Source: an uncultured delta proteobacterium | Lineage (GTDB): Bacteria > Desulfobacterota > Binatia > UBA9968 | DNA: 62,355 nucleotides | Assembly (NCBI GenBank): GCA_963737905.1 | Contig: CAVTUQ010000045.1 | Span: 1 to 62,355, forward strand | Reading direction: 5' to 3' | Part shown: piece after piece, positions 29,172-38,777 of the stretch | Numbering within the stretch: the first letter of the stretch is position 1 | Layout of the letters: every line of letters starts with the position of its first letter | Notes under the pieces: generated by a model | What the model saw: only the letters and a program-made list of their open reading frames with translations | Database searches by the model: none | What the model was told of the DNA's origin: nothing | Made by a program: the position numbers and the translations under genes

Positions 29172-29837
29172 CTATTGCGGTTTAGGGGCTAATTTCTCTG
29201 CCGCCCATTTTTGGTATTCTTCCGGCGTGTGGGCGTAGAGCCATCCCTTCATACCCGAGTGACCAAAGCCGCAGAGCTGGGAGCACGGCAGCTCGTATTT
29301 GCCAGGCTTCGTGACTTCAAACCAGACCAAGATCGTTCGGCCCGGGACAGCATCCTGTCTCAACCGCAGATTCGGCAGATAAAAACTGTGAATCACATCG
29401 CGAGACGTGAGATGAACACGCACAACCTTGTTGGCCGGAACATGTAAATCATTATCGAACTTGATGTCATCGTCCGTGCCCAATTTGCCGTCCGGCCCGG
29501 GATAAGCTATCTCCCAGTTAAACTGTTTCCCCGCCACGCCAACTTCGAAGTCGCTCTCCGGCGCGTTGCGTTTCACCTTGGCCCATGTCGATACACTCAT
29601 GAAGGAAAGCGCGATGAATATGGCGGCCGGAATAACTGTCCAGATGATCTCGAGCGTCGTGTTGCCGTGGGTGTAGGTGGCGCGCCGCCCTTCACGGTGA
29701 CGGTACCGGATCAGAAACCAGATCATCAAAACCGTGACCAGAATAAACGTGACACCCGTAATATAATAAATAAGGTAGAACAGCGAATCGATGTCTTGAC
29801 CGAACGTAGATACATCCTCTGGCAACCATTGCAGCAT
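29172..29837 (-). CDS. ctaC: Cytochrome c oxidase subunit II (CuA), no fused cytochrome c
   Basis: LEIIWTVIP, DVIHSF, CSQLCGFGHSGM CuA motif. Confidence 0.95.
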   Translation of the reverse strand: MLQWLPEDVSTFGQDIDSLFYLIYYITGVTFILVTVLMIWFLIRYRHREGRRATYTHGNTTLEIIWTVIPAAIFIALSFMSVSTWAKVKRNAPESDFEVGVAGKQFNWEIAYPGPDGKLGTDDDIKFDNDLHVPANKVVRVHLTSRDVIHSFYLPNLRLRQDAVPGRTILVWFEVTKPGKYELPCSQLCGFGHSGMKGWLYAHTPEEYQKWAAEKLAPKPQ

Positions 29838-29982
29838 CTAGCAGACCATCCTTATTTTTTAGGAAGTGAAGAGAAAACTTCATTCTTGCTAACACAGCTA
29901 CCGCACCAATTCAAGCGAAAACGCCCTTGATTTGCAAAGGTTTTGGGCCAATGTTAATCAGACAAACACCCATTTCAAGACC

Positions 29983-30477
29983 ATGAGTTTTTGGTATACG
30001 CTGAGTTTGTTTTTCCACCTTGTCGGACTTGCCCTATGGTTGGGCGGGATAGCATTTTTTCTCGTTATCTTCGGTCCCGCCGTGAATGATCTACAAACGG
30101 GCACTGGGATTCGCGTCTTGAATCACGGCAGGTTGTCTTTTGAAGCTGCTTCGTGGGTGGGGATCGGGCTTCTATTAATGAGCGGCATCATCAACCTCAT
30201 TCTGCGAAGCCAAGAAAGTGCGCCGTCGGATCATTTTTATACGATTGCTCTCAGTGTCAAACTCTTCCTGTTCGTCGCGATGGTAATTCATCATTGTTTG
30301 CAAGTTTTCAAGTATGGGCCAAAGATCGCGTCGTTGACGGCCGATCTTCCCGCCGTCACCCATTCATGGCCGGAACTCTTACTCACTCATTGGCGAAAGT
30401 GGTTCCTGCTCCTTAAGATCAACGCTGCACTTGGCCCCATTGTGACGCTCTTGGGGCTCGCTCTCATAAAAACCTAA
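29983..30477 (+). CDS. CopD/DUF4149-like membrane protein
   Basis: FFHLVGLALWLGGIAF, LMSGIINL, VKLFL...IHH; four TM helices; divergent from the cox operon; start taken at ATG 29983. Confidence 0.65.
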   Translation: MSFWYTLSLFFHLVGLALWLGGIAFFLVIFGPAVNDLQTGTGIRVLNHGRLSFEAASWVGIGLLLMSGIINLILRSQESAPSDHFYTIALSVKLFLFVAMVIHHCLQVFKYGPKIASLTADLPAVTHSWPELLLTHWRKWFLLLKINAALGPIVTLLGLALIKT

Positions 30478-30582
30478 AGTATCCGGACATGTCACCTGAG
30501 GGTCTGGCGAAAAAAATAGCACGTGAACACGTTCGCCCGGCTGGGGCTGAACTTATCCGGCGTTGGCTTGCGTCCGGCGAAT

Positions 30583-31554
30583 CTATCCTTTTGGATAGAG
30601 CGTCTTAATAAAGCCGCTCTCTTCGAGCTGCTTGACAAAACGCACGTCCATGAAGGATTCCGGATTGGCGTTTTTGGCCTTCGGGTCGCGCACGGCGATT
30701 TGCTCGAGCACGAAGCGCATACCGCCGATGGTGGGATAGGGCACGCGTGCTAATTTTGGGGCGTAGAAATCCACCGTCGAAGAAAGAATCGCCGGGTCTT
30801 TGATGCCCGTGTATTTGCTCGTGACCTTCATCGCCAGTTCACGATTGTTTTTGTAAATGGCGATGGCCTCGGTGTAAGCGCGCACGAAACGCTGGACGGT
30901 GTCGGGGTTATCGCGCACGAAAGTTTTTTTCGTCACAATACCGACGAACGGAAATTCGAGCCCCATGGCCGCGATATCCGCGATTTCTTTATAGCCGAGT
31001 TTCTTGGCATGCTCAGTAAACGGGTCGGCCAACGCGCCTGCCGCGATCCGACCGGAGGCGATGCCACCCATAATGCCCGGGTAATCCTCGAGCTGCACAA
31101 GGGCTACATCTTTTTCCGGCTGGAGCCCGGCTTTCCTGATTGCGTAGCGAGCCGAGATATCCGTGTTCGACCCGAAGCGAGTTATTCCGATGGCTTTGCC
31201 TTTGAGGTCTTCCATGCGCGACGCCGTTCCCATGATTACGATCGGCGTTGTGTTCAGCGCCACCGCCACGAAGCTCACATCCATGCCCGCCACCCCCGCC
31301 GCCAAGGCCGCGGGGCCGCCCATCTGCGCCATTTGAATCTCTCCGGAGACCAGCGTCTGAGCCATAGTCGAGCCGCTGCGAATGTATGCCACATCGGTGC
31401 GCAAGCCATTTTTCTCGAATAACCCCGCGTCGCGGGCAACCCACAGCACCGCGTGGGGGCCCGAAATCGCGGCGTAACCCGACATGACCCGTGTCGGTCC
31501 TTGTGCCGCAGACCGTGCCGTTCGAGAAAACAGAACCATCAGCGCAATCAGCAT
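30583..31554 (-). CDS. ABC-type substrate-binding protein (NMT1/SsuA-like)
   Basis: LWVARDAGLFEKNGL, DLKGKAIGITRFGS, FVRAY.EAI, D.RFVKQLEESGFI. Confidence 0.88.
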   Translation of the reverse strand: MLIALMVLFSRTARSAAQGPTRVMSGYAAISGPHAVLWVARDAGLFEKNGLRTDVAYIRSGSTMAQTLVSGEIQMAQMGGPAALAAGVAGMDVSFVAVALNTTPIVIMGTASRMEDLKGKAIGITRFGSNTDISARYAIRKAGLQPEKDVALVQLEDYPGIMGGIASGRIAAGALADPFTEHAKKLGYKEIADIAAMGLEFPFVGIVTKKTFVRDNPDTVQRFVRAYTEAIAIYKNNRELAMKVTSKYTGIKDPAILSSTVDFYAPKLARVPYPTIGGMRFVLEQIAVRDPKAKNANPESFMDVRFVKQLEESGFIKTLYPKG

Positions 31555-31668
31555 GTCGCATGGCGAGCCCTCCTCCTGACTTGATTCAACGATTGTTCGG
31601 CAGTATAGGGGTAAGCGGGAACAGAGGTCAATATAGATCCGAATAGGGTCTGAGGGAAGGAGTAGCGA

Positions 31669-32656
31669 ATGAAAATAAATCGTTATCCATTACTGTTGAG
31701 TTTCGCTTATCGGATTGCTTTTGTTGCAAGCCGCGCCCGCCGTCGCGGCAAATATCAATGTCGTGTGGACCAGCGAAGTCGGTCAATTTGCACCCCTGTG
31801 GGTCACTAAAGAAGCGAAGCTATTCGAAAAGTACGGGAATCAAGTCCAGCTTATTTTTATCCAAGGGGCAACCTCCGCCGCCGCGGCGTTGTCGTCGGAC
31901 GATGCACAAGTCGGCATGTTCTCGCCCCAAGTGGTGATCTCGACGCCGGGGTTGGATCTGGTCATGTTCGGCCGGCTCGGCAATACTATGGACAATCGGA
32001 TTTTTGGCAGAAAAGGAATCAAAAGCCTCAAGGAAGTAAAGCGCATCGCCATCAGCCGCTTCGGCAGCAACGCCGACTTCGCTGCCCGCTATCTCTTGCA
32101 ACGCGAGGGACTGCGGCCTGACGTCGATGTTGCCCTGCTTCAGGTGGGCAATCAATCGAACCGTATCGCCGCCGTCGAGACCAACAATGCCGACGCTGCG
32201 ATGCTCACGCCGCCCATGACGTTGCAAGCGCGCAAGCTTGGAATGACCTTGCTGGTGGATGCATCGAAGCTCGGGATCCCCTATTCCAGCCTGTTCTTCG
32301 TATCGCGCCGGCCCTATCTGACGAAGAACCGCGCCGATCTGGTTAACTTCACCAAAGCTATGATCGAAGGGGTAGCGGTTTACAAATCCAACAAAGAGTT
32401 CAGCATGAAGGTCTTGGCCAAGTACATGAAGCTCCAGGACCGAGAAGTTCTCGAAGAAAACTTCCGCGAGTACGATTTTCCCTTGAAACCTTCTCCTTCG
32501 AAAGAATACTTCGAGTTACCGATCCAGGAAGTGGGCAAGAAAGATCCCAAAGTGTTGAAGGAGAATCCGGAACGTTTTGTCGATATGTCGATCGTGAAGG
32601 AACTCGACGCGAGTGGCTTTATCGACAAGGTGGCGCAGGAATACAAAGTGAAGTGA
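31669..32656 (+). CDS. ABC-type substrate-binding protein (NMT1/SsuA-like); apparent frameshift in the signal peptide
   Basis: PLWVTKEAKLFEKYG, IAISRFGS, D.SIVKELDASGFID. The RBS-led ATG at 31669 (MKINRYPLLLSF) is one base out of frame with ORF 31715..32656, whose frame has a TGA at 31697. Confidence 0.85.
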
Positions 32657-32695
32657 TGAGACAATGTTGGTTCAACAACCAGTAAGAGATCACTT

Positions 32696-32748
32696 CATCC
32701 TGAACGAAGTGAAGGATCTCTAAGCTACGCGAGATTCTCTCAATCGTC
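32696..32748. repeat. REP-like element (TCATCCTGAACGAAGTGAAGGATCTC ... GAGATTC)
   Basis: Short nested palindromes; resembles the GTCATCCTGAGCGAAGCGAAGGATCT-type extragenic repeat. Single copy in the window. Confidence 0.5.
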
Positions 32749-32779
32749 AGAAGAGCTAACTCAGGTCATTGGAGGTCTC

Positions 32780-33874
32780 ATGGCGACAAGTCGAGGAGCG
32801 ACTCTATTAGCGGCCGACAAACTGGAAATCCGCGAATACCCGATACCCGACATTCCTGCCGACGGCGGGCTCGTCAAGGTGGAAATGGCCGGGGTGTGCG
32901 GTTCCGACGTCAAGTACCTGCATGGTAAAATCCGACTTCCTACACCGCTTATCCTTGGCCACGAGATTCTAGGGCGGGTTGAGAAATTGGGCAAAGAAGC
33001 TGCTTCGATCCATAAACTGAAAGAGGGCGACCGAATCATTCTCAAGGGAGCCATCGGGTGCGGTCGTTGCGCCGATTGCAGGCGCGGCGGCGCGCGTTTT
33101 TGCAAACAACGCACAAGCTACGGCGGCCGGACGACCTGCGACAAGCCGCCCCATCTATTCGGCGGCTTCGCGGATTACATCTATTTGGCTCCCGACGTTC
33201 TCGCCACCAAGGTCAGCGATCAATTGCCCGCCGAGGCGGCGGTGCTGGTGGGAGCCGTGATGGCTAATGGTTTTCAATGGGCCGTGCGCCGGGGCGGAGT
33301 CAAAATGGGCGATTATGTCTTGATCCAGGGACCCGGGCAGCAAGGTCTTTCCAACGCCTTCGCCGCGCGCCACGCCGGAGCGGCCAAGATTTTCATCACC
33401 GGCATCGGCCGCGACAAGCCGCGGCTGGAACTGGCCAAGAAGTTCGGCGCTCATCGCGCCATCAACGTGGAAGAAGAAAACGTAGTCGATATCGTTCGCC
33501 AGGAAACCAACGGCGAGATGTGTGACGTCGTCGTTGACGTCTCCGGCAATCCTAAAGCCATTCTGACTTCCGTCGACTGTGTGCGCCGCCAGGGAACGAT
33601 GGTGCTGGCCGGACTGACAGGCGATGCAACGGTAACGCCGATGCTGATGGACAAGCTGGTTTGGGGCGAGATCAAACTCCAAGGTTGTTTCACCGCCGAT
33701 AACGATGCGACGGAAGCGTCGCTGCGTCTGTTGGAAGAGACGAAGTTTCCCGTGCAGGAGATGGTGAGCCATGTCTTTCCACTTCGAGACACTGAGAAAT
33801 GTATTCACGCGGTCGGCGGCGAAATCCCGGAAATGTTTCCGACCAAGGCATTGATCAATCCCGCATTGGGATGA
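32780..33874 (+). CDS. Zinc-dependent alcohol/polyol dehydrogenase (MDR)
   Basis: GVCGSD, LGHE, structural Zn motif CGRCADC...C, GPGQQG. Confidence 0.92.
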   Translation: MATSRGATLLAADKLEIREYPIPDIPADGGLVKVEMAGVCGSDVKYLHGKIRLPTPLILGHEILGRVEKLGKEAASIHKLKEGDRIILKGAIGCGRCADCRRGGARFCKQRTSYGGRTTCDKPPHLFGGFADYIYLAPDVLATKVSDQLPAEAAVLVGAVMANGFQWAVRRGGVKMGDYVLIQGPGQQGLSNAFAARHAGAAKIFITGIGRDKPRLELAKKFGAHRAINVEEENVVDIVRQETNGEMCDVVVDVSGNPKAILTSVDCVRRQGTMVLAGLTGDATVTPMLMDKLVWGEIKLQGCFTADNDATEASLRLLEETKFPVQEMVSHVFPLRDTEKCIHAVGGEIPEMFPTKALINPALG

Positions 33875-33940
33875 TCGATGCTGAATACTGGAGCGATTGA
33901 AACAGCTGGAACGGAGTAAGTTGCATAATAGAGACCTACA

Positions 33941-34981
33941 ATGAACATCACCTACCCGATTATCGATGCCGATGGACACGTGATGGAGAGAGACGTCGAG
34001 CTGCGCGAGTTTCTTGAAGGGCGCTATCGTGAAGGACCTCACTTTCAAACTTACAGCTATTTTCCCTCGCTGGACGGCTGGAACCGCGGGTTCGGCGTTC
34101 CGGGCAAAGTCCACGAGACTCCGGCGTCCAAGTGGCTAGAGTTCCTGGACGAGCTTGGCGTCCATACCACAGTGCTCTATCCCACCGGCGGGCTATCCCT
34201 CGGACTCATCCAGAATCCGGAATGGTCCTGCGTCATCTCCCGTGCTTACAATTCCTGGATCGCCGAATGCTTCACAAAAAAAAGTTCGCGGCTTAGAGGG
34301 GTCGCCTTGCTGCCCGTCCACGAGCCTATCGAAGCCGCCAGGGAACTCGAGCGCGCGAAAGGGCTGGGACTGGTTGGCGGGCTTATGCCGGCGGTGACCG
34401 TCTTAAACAAGGGTTACGGCCATACGGACTTCGATCCTATTTACGAAGCAGCGGAAAGACTCGACATGCCTCTCACTGTTCACGGCGCGCCGAGCCGTGG
34501 CATGGGCTTCGATTTCTTCAACAAGTTTCTCCACGTTCATACGTTGGAACACCCCTTTGCGATACTGGTCCAATTCACCCACATGATTTTCGAAGGCGTC
34601 TTCGCGCGCTTCCCAAAGCTAAGGGTCGCATTCCTGGAAGCCGGTTCGGGTTGGCTGCCCTACATGATGGACCGCATGGACGAGGAGTTTGAAAAACCCT
34701 ACCGTTTCCAGGCACCGCTGCTCAAGAAAAAACCCAGCGAGTACATTCGTTCAGGGCAGGTGTGGGCCACTTGCGAGGTCGAAGAGCAGGCACTGCCCCA
34801 GGTCGTAAAGCAGTTTAATCCGCGCTGTCTCATGTGGCCGTCGGACTATCCCCATGAGCGATTGCCCGACATGTTCAAGCGTGACATTCCCGAATTTTTA
34901 GAACGCGCTGACATCAGCGATGAGACCAAAAAATGGATCTTGCACGATAACCCAATAGACTTTTACAGACTCAAAGTATAA
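33941..34981 (+). CDS. Amidohydrolase_2 family protein
   Basis: IIDADGHV, VLYPT, AYNSW, LTVH, RFPKLRVAFLEAGSGWLPY...R, PSDYPH. Confidence 0.9.
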   Translation: MNITYPIIDADGHVMERDVELREFLEGRYREGPHFQTYSYFPSLDGWNRGFGVPGKVHETPASKWLEFLDELGVHTTVLYPTGGLSLGLIQNPEWSCVISRAYNSWIAECFTKKSSRLRGVALLPVHEPIEAARELERAKGLGLVGGLMPAVTVLNKGYGHTDFDPIYEAAERLDMPLTVHGAPSRGMGFDFFNKFLHVHTLEHPFAILVQFTHMIFEGVFARFPKLRVAFLEAGSGWLPYMMDRMDEEFEKPYRFQAPLLKKKPSEYIRSGQVWATCEVEEQALPQVVKQFNPRCLMWPSDYPHERLPDMFKRDIPEFLERADISDETKKWILHDNPIDFYRLKV

Positions 34982-34989
34982 CCGCACGC

Positions 34990-35120
34990 AAAACCCGAAA
35001 TTCGAAACTCTAATTCCAAAAAATCAAATTCCTTCGAAAGTTCAAAACAGCGCTGTTTGGATTGGTCATGAATGGAGTTTCTTGTTTGTTTCGGATTTTG
35101 ATATTCGGATTTCGAATTTT
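34990..35120. repeat. Heptamer-based long palindrome (CCGAAAT/TCGAAAC ... TTTCGGA/TTTCGAA)
   Basis: AAACCCGAAATTCGAAACTCTAATTCC at ~34992-35017 pairs imperfectly with TTTCGGATTTTGATATTCGGATTTCGAATTT at ~35089-35119. Confidence 0.65.
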
Positions 35121-35140
35121 TTTGATTACGGAGGGACATC

Positions 35141-35899
35141 ATGCGCCTCAAAGACAAAGTAGCCATCGTCACCGGCGGCGGAGTCGGCATTGGGAAGGCC
35201 TATGCACGCGGTTTGGCGCAAGAAGGAGCCAAGGTCATCGTCGCGGACATTCAGGAAGCGGAAGCGAAGAAAGTTGCCGCCGACATCAAAGCGACTGGCG
35301 GCGAAGCCATGGCGTTCGCCGTCGACGTCACGTCACCGGAGAAAACTCAAGCGATGGCCGCTGCCACACTGAAGCAATACGGCCGCATCGACATCCTGAT
35401 AAACAACGCCGGACTTTACTCAGCGCTTAAAAAGAAACCCTTCATGGAGATCGACACCGATGAATGGGACCGCGTAATGGCCGTAAACGTCAAGGGCTTA
35501 TTCCTCTGCGTGAAGGCCGTCTACCCGGCCATGAAGCAACAGAAAAAAGGCAAGATCATCAACATCTCATCGGGCACGACGCAAAGCGGCTCGCCGTTTT
35601 TTCTGCATTACGTTTCCTCCAAAGCCGGCGTGATCGGCTTCACCCGCGCTCTGGCGCGCGAAGTCGGCGGCGACAACATTTGTGTCAACTCCATCATGCC
35701 GGGGCTGACGATCTCAGGAGCGAACCAGGAAGGCGTCATGACCCCGGAGCAATTGGCCGACCGAAGAAAGCGTCGCGCTTTTCAGCGAGATCAGTATCCC
35801 GAGGACCTCGTCGGCACGGTGATTTTTCTTGCCTCCGACGACAGTGACTTCATGACCGGCCAATCCATCAGCGTGGATGGTGGCATGAACATGCATTAG
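35141..35899 (+). CDS. Short-chain dehydrogenase/reductase (FabG-like)
   Basis: TGGGVGIG, NNAG, NISS, YVSSK (YxxxK), VDGG. Confidence 0.93.
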   Translation: MRLKDKVAIVTGGGVGIGKAYARGLAQEGAKVIVADIQEAEAKKVAADIKATGGEAMAFAVDVTSPEKTQAMAAATLKQYGRIDILINNAGLYSALKKKPFMEIDTDEWDRVMAVNVKGLFLCVKAVYPAMKQQKKGKIINISSGTTQSGSPFFLHYVSSKAGVIGFTRALAREVGGDNICVNSIMPGLTISGANQEGVMTPEQLADRRKRRAFQRDQYPEDLVGTVIFLASDDSDFMTGQSISVDGGMNMH

Positions 35900-35905
35900 C
35901 CAGCC

Positions 35906-35956
35906 GGCTTATCGCGTGGGGTTCCAACTATCCGCCATAAGCTATCCGCCCTATGC
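35906..35956. repeat. Second member of the ATGGCTT heptamer palindrome family
   Basis: 35921-35956 matches 12323-12358 at 32 of 36 positions; lies between convergent genes. Confidence 0.75.
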
Positions 35957-35969
35957 TCTGCTTTGTGAT

Positions 35970-37229
35970 CTATTCGAAGACCATGCTCGTGAAGGTTACG
36001 GCAGACCCGGTCTCCGGCGTGAAGGCCTGGTCGTACTTGAGTGTTCTGCCTTGACTTCCGTCGAGGAGCTGAATCAAAGAGTAAAGCGGCGAGAAGCCGC
36101 AAATCCTTCTCTTATCTTGATCCTTCGCGACCTCATTAAAGAAGCCCGGGGCGTCTAGCGCTGACAGCTTGTCGATCAGCAAACGGTCTTCGGCTTCAAC
36201 CCATTTAAGAAAATCCGACGTCACGGGCTCAAGATCACCAAACTGTTTTCCCACATGCGCCAAGTCAACGCCGGCAACAAAACAGACTTGACGTTTCTCT
36301 CGCGCCACCAGCTTCTGCAGAGCGTGAATGAACGTCTCTACCGGCGGATGCTTCTCGGGAGGCGATTGATTTAACACCATAGAATGAAAGGAGGAGACCA
36401 GGATCGGAATAATCTTAAAAGGTTTTTCTCCTTTGCCTCCCCGCTCTGCTCTCCTCTGGGCGATGTATTTCAGAAACAACACTTGAAATTCGAGAGAGTG
36501 TTCGCCGCGATGTAAAAACTCATCGGCCAGAAGATCCTCGCCACAACTCTCTTGCAGACGCCGAGCAAACTCCTTGTCCGTCTCCACGGGACCCAACGGG
36601 GTCTCGAAATCTTTGAATGTGAGAATAAATGGATTCTCACCGCCGCAATGTGAAGTCCCCAGCAGGATATAAAGATCCGCTCCTTCACTTTCGGCTAATC
36701 CCTTGTAAGCCCAGGCGTAGGCAGGCCCGCCGCGATGAAAGTCGATGTGCGGCGCGACAATCGCCTTGGGCGTAGGGGATTGGGTATCGAACGATGGCAA
36801 TCCAGGACCCTGCGGCGATAAGAAATAGCCATCCAGTTGCAACCTTAACTCCCCGGAATCTTGGCGGTAGACGCTTCCCACATGGGCCGGAGCACGCTTG
36901 GTTTGACGTTTAAACTCTTCAACCATTCCGTTTCGATGGAGCAAAAATCGCTCTGTGTCGAGGTAATAGTGATGATCGAGCAATTCGATAAAGCGCTGCA
37001 GCTCGTCGGTAAGCAGGAGCGTGCCGAACTGCTTGCAATAGGCTTCCTGAATATCGACAAAGGAGTGCTCGCCGTCGAAATGGGAGATGATGAAGTATCC
37101 AACGGGAGAGATGCCCAAAGGTTGAGCGAAGTTTTCCGGATCTTTCAGATAGACGAGCGTTTTGCCTTCTTGTTGAACCGGAAAGACTTCTACGGCTCTT
37201 AACCTGGGCCGATCGAGCATGAGGGTCAC
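35970..37229 (-). CDS. amrB: AmmeMemoRadiSam system protein B (Memo family) with an N-terminal extension
   Basis: IVAPHID, YAWAY, LGTSH, FETPLG, HRGEHSLEFQ, VDLAHVG, ICG. Confidence 0.88.
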   Translation of the reverse strand: MTLMLDRPRLRAVEVFPVQQEGKTLVYLKDPENFAQPLGISPVGYFIISHFDGEHSFVDIQEAYCKQFGTLLLTDELQRFIELLDHHYYLDTERFLLHRNGMVEEFKRQTKRAPAHVGSVYRQDSGELRLQLDGYFLSPQGPGLPSFDTQSPTPKAIVAPHIDFHRGGPAYAWAYKGLAESEGADLYILLGTSHCGGENPFILTFKDFETPLGPVETDKEFARRLQESCGEDLLADEFLHRGEHSLEFQVLFLKYIAQRRAERGGKGEKPFKIIPILVSSFHSMVLNQSPPEKHPPVETFIHALQKLVAREKRQVCFVAGVDLAHVGKQFGDLEPVTSDFLKWVEAEDRLLIDKLSALDAPGFFNEVAKDQDKRRICGFSPLYSLIQLLDGSQGRTLKYDQAFTPETGSAVTFTSMVFE

Positions 37230-37344
37230 CGCGAGTTTGGATTAGAAGTACGGAAGCCGGATCATGACAAAAACAATTGCAGTATGCCGAGACGAGTTTC
37301 GTCGTCCCAGCCGAAGATTTGATCGGAAGTTGGCCGGCGCCGGG

Positions 37345-37650
37345 CTAAGTAGCAATGCCCAGTTTTTGCTTCGCCTCTTCACTGATCATGCTGGGATTCC
37401 AGGGCGGCTCCCAGACAAGATCGACGACGGCGTCGCCAACACCCTCAAGGGCAAGAATCCTTTGCCTGGCATCCGCAGCAATCATCGTTCCCATGCCACA
37501 TCCCGGCGCAGTGAGCGTCATTTTCACGGCTACGTTATCATCATCGTCGACTTGCACATCATAAACCAAACCCAGGTCGACAATGTTAACTGGGATTTCC
37601 GGATCGTAGCATTCGTGGAGAGCCTCGTAGACTTGTTCTTTAGTAATCAT
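37345..37650 (-). CDS. SufT/DUF59 Fe-S cluster assembly protein
   Basis: DPEIPVNIVDLGLVY, MTLTAPGCGM, LVWEPPW; start ATG 37650. Confidence 0.92.
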   Translation of the reverse strand: MITKEQVYEALHECYDPEIPVNIVDLGLVYDVQVDDDDNVAVKMTLTAPGCGMGTMIAADARQRILALEGVGDAVVDLVWEPPWNPSMISEEAKQKLGIAT

Positions 37651-37676
37651 TGGCAACAACTCCTCGTTTCGACTGG

Positions 37677-38777
37677 CTAGGTCGTGATAATGTTGGGCCC
37701 TGGGCTTTTTCTTGCCCGCTCAGAGGCGATGGAAAGCTGACCCGCTAACTTCCCAGCAACTTCAAGAAAAATCTTGCTCACTTCGGATCTGGGGTCCTGA
37801 ATCAAGATTGGCACACCCTTGTCGCCCCCCTCTCGAAGCGCCGGCGTAATCGGAATTTCTCCAAGGTAGGGGATCTGAAACCGTTCTGCAGCTCTCTGGG
37901 CTCCCCCGCGCGAGAAGATTTCGTGATTCTTTCCGCAACCGTCGCAAATGAAGTAGCTCATGTTCTCAACGATTCCAACGATGGGGATCATCACTTTATC
38001 GAACATCGTCTTGGCCCGGATGACATCTGCCAGCGCGACTTCTTGCGGTGTTGCGACCAACAGCGCACCGCTGACCTTGAGCTGTTGAGAAAAGGTGATC
38101 TGCACGTCGCCGGTTCCCGGCGGCATGTCGACCACGAGATAGTCCAGATCACCCCAATGAACATCCGCCATCAATTGATGCAGAGCCTTGCCTAACATCG
38201 GCCCGCGCCAGATCACCGCCTGGTCGGCGTCGAGAAAAAAGCCGATTGACATTACAGGCACACCGTGAGCTACCGTTGGAGCTATCTTGTATCCGCCATT
38301 GACTTCAACCTTGTTAGGCTCGCCCTTTACACCCATTATGATCGGAACCGATGGGCCGTAGATGTCGGCATCAAGTAACCCCGTAGCAGCGCCGTGCATC
38401 TTCAATGCCACGGCCAGGTTGGCTGCGACAGTGGACTTCCCGACACCACCTTTTCCCGCAGCAACCAAGACGACATTCTTAACGGTGGGCAACAAATCCG
38501 TTTGCCCGCCTCCCGTCTTGCTGCCCCGCACCTGCGCACCAAAAGTGATATTTAAATCATTTACACCAGGAATTCCCGCCAATACCTTCTTGCAGTCCCC
38601 TTCAATACTCTCACGTAGCGGGCAGGCCGGGGTTGTCAGCTCAACGGTAAAAGCTACCTTGCCGTTAGCGACAGCGAGATCTTTGACCATACCGAGACTT
38701 ACGATATCGCGGTGGAGCTCAGGGTCTTGTACGTTTCTCAACGCAGCCAAAATTTGTTCCTGCGTAACAGTTTCCAC
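37677..38777 (-). CDS. apbC: Mrp/ApbC Fe-S cluster carrier ATPase
   Basis: N-terminal DUF59-like domain (DPELH, TTPACP), GKGGVGKS, DADIYGPS, WRGPM, DMPPGTGD, ENMSYFICDGC. Confidence 0.93.
   Translation of the reverse strand: METVTQEQILAALRNVQDPELHRDIVSLGMVKDLAVANGKVAFTVELTTPACPLRESIEGDCKKVLAGIPGVNDLNITFGAQVRGSKTGGGQTDLLPTVKNVVLVAAGKGGVGKSTVAANLAVALKMHGAATGLLDADIYGPSVPIIMGVKGEPNKVEVNGGYKIAPTVAHGVPVMSIGFFLDADQAVIWRGPMLGKALHQLMADVHWGDLDYLVVDMPPGTGDVQITFSQQLKVSGALLVATPQEVALADVIRAKTMFDKVMIPIVGIVENMSYFICDGCGKNHEIFSRGGAQRAAERFQIPYLGEIPITPALREGGDKGVPILIQDPRSEVSKIFLEVAGKLAGQLSIASERARKSPGPNIITT

Noticed and set aside
29240-29290. Gln instead of Glu in the CuA motif (CSQLC)
   Set aside because: That residue ligates CuA through its backbone carbonyl and Q variants are known; all Cys/His/Met ligands are present.
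33155-34114. Long antisense ORFs (also 43044..43823, 53822..54664, 59491..60237, 61384..62259)
   Set aside because: Shadow frames opposite well-supported genes in GC-rich DNA; no recognisable motifs.
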